Below, in pieces: positions 61,892-64,000 of a DNA stretch of 64,000 nt; within the stretch, counting starts at the first letter, position 1, and the number at the start of each line of letters is the position of its first letter. The notes under the pieces are model-generated. The model searched no databases. It had not been told where the DNA came from and worked only from the letters and a program-made list of their open reading frames with translations. The position numbers were made by a program, and so were the translations under genes. Source of the DNA: the human T2T-CHM13v2.0 reference genome, Homo sapiens; assembly GCF_009914755.1 (NCBI RefSeq), contig NC_060925.1; one strand, written 5' to 3'.

Positions 61892-62779
61892 CAGCAAGGC
61901 AAAATATTTAGCAGCTATTGCAAGTACTATGAAAACTCTTTGGATGCAGAGACACCCACATTTGCAAACATCCTGAAAGCCTGGTAGAGTGTGAAGACAG
62001 AAAAGAAAGCAAAGTGGCAGAAATACAGTTAAAAGGGCATGCGGCTACCAGAGGGGGCAAGCCTTATAGACGTTGTTCAGGATCATGGGTTTCATCCTAA
62101 TTGCAATGGGAAGCCGCTGGAGAATTCTGAGCAGAGGGTGACATAACCAGAATGGTGGGTTTTAAATGATCCTTCCTTATAATGTGGAAAACTATTCTTT
62201 TAAATGCAAGTATGCAGACAAGGCATTATGCAAAAATATATTAGGGTGATTGCATAGAGAGTAGGGTTTTTTCTCCCTTGTCAAAAATTCCCCAATCCTA
62301 TTTCTGACACTTCATATGAAAGCTGCATGTGCAGTCTTATTATTATTTTGCAAGCCTGGGGCTTAGGCAAAAAAAGACAAAAAATCCCTAATTCTGTTGA
62401 CACAACATTCCCTACTTTAAAATAGAGAAAACAGTTATCCTACAGAGAGTAGCTGTGTTTTCTGTGAAACATTGTGACCCACAAATGTAGGAGACTTTAT
62501 GCACAGAGTGGGGAGGCTTGGGAAGGAGGCTGTTATCTTACGAAATGGGCTACGGGGTGGGGTAGGAGGTGAAAGTGTGTTATCGACCTCGATCAGAGGT
62601 TCCTTTTCCAGTGGGTGATAAACCATCAAAAAGAGCTTCCTGTTGATGTTACAGATGTTATAACTTCACTTATCACTGTTTGATCTCCCCTTGCATCCTA
62701 CCCTCGGGGCAGGAGTCTGTCAGCTCAAAGCAGAGATAAGGGGGCCACATGTCCCAGGGCTTGGCAGTTGGAGCCCTGA

Positions 62780-63160
<381 letters not shown>

Positions 63161-63184
63161 TGAAGAGTCTTTTGGAGCAAATCA

Positions 63185-63507
63185 TCTTCTCATCATCGGC
63201 AAGTGTTTGCATGTAGTAGGGAGTGGACACGATGCATGTATACACCATGCATATGTAACACAGCACCTTAATTCACTCATTTATCCATGCCACAAACATG
63301 TATCGAGTACATACTAGGTACAGGCACAATCCCGGCTGGTGGGGATACAGAGAACAAGACAGACTTCAATAATTCTGACTTTGCTATTTAAAGCAGAGTT
63401 GTGGATGACATGTAATACACAAAACCATGAGATTTTAGAGCAGAAAGGATGCTGGAAATGATCTAATCAAAAATTCTTACAATGAGATATAAGAAAAATG
63501 TAGTCCA
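63185..63507 (+). repeat. Probable donor of the 323-bp inverted duplication
   Basis: Reverse complement of 58837-59159. Confidence 0.95.
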
Positions 63508-64000
63508 GAGGGGATAAATGCCTCAGATTTTTAGGTCATTGAAGTTCAAGTCAAGTGGATTTTCTACTAAACTCTGGTGCATCTTATAAAGATAGAAGCA
63601 TATTGCTGCAACGCAGTCCTAGCAAGAGTGTGCACAGAAGTGTAGCTTAATTAAAGGAATCATTATCTCTGATACATGATAAAAATGCCGCATCATTGTC
63701 CTTAATCAACTGAAGATCTCTAAAATGACACTGAAATATGTGTGTTCAAAGATCTTTAACAATCCTATGATCTTGTGAATCTTGGAGTAGCATCATGGAA
63801 GGTTCTGGTCCAAGAGTGGTCCACACAGAGGCTAGAGCTGTATGAATGTTACGTGACATTGGATGCTGCCATATCTACACTGGGTTCCTGTGAATGGATA
63901 ATAGAAATAGCAGGCCAAGCATCTTGGCATGATCCCCACAGTTAGCTGTAGCTTGAATTGATTACTTAGTGTCCATGGCTGAGTCAGGAGCAGAGCGAAG

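Overview
Primate (human-like) genomic DNA that I recognise as the CTSE-RHEX interval of 1q32. The left end holds coding exons 1-4 and the promoter of cathepsin E (CTSE) on the minus strand. The rest is repeat-rich: many Alus, near-complete Tigger1 and Tigger4 fossils, MLT/MER elements, a full-length Harlequin/HERV-E-type provirus with LTR2B-like LTRs (34521-40913) and a full-length SVA (45370-47323). RHEX coding exons are not in the window. The main finding is a plus-strand five-exon reading frame (33973-34003, 42402-42450, 42728-42834, 43346-43398, 43663-43821) with GT-AG introns and matching phases. It encodes a 132-aa single-pass membrane protein with N-glycosylation sequons and a tail carrying YSNV, YTNM and an ITIM-like VEYVSI, which I do not recognise as a named gene. 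Its first coding intron contains the provirus, and an in-frame TAG separates the start from a better upstream ATG, so it may be a live unannotated adaptor or a recently disabled gene. Other signals are an apparent gene-conversion tract between the two LTRs, a PBS mutation that creates a splice acceptor, and a 323-bp inverted templated insertion inside Tigger4. All coordinates and mismatch counts were read by eye; no searches were run.
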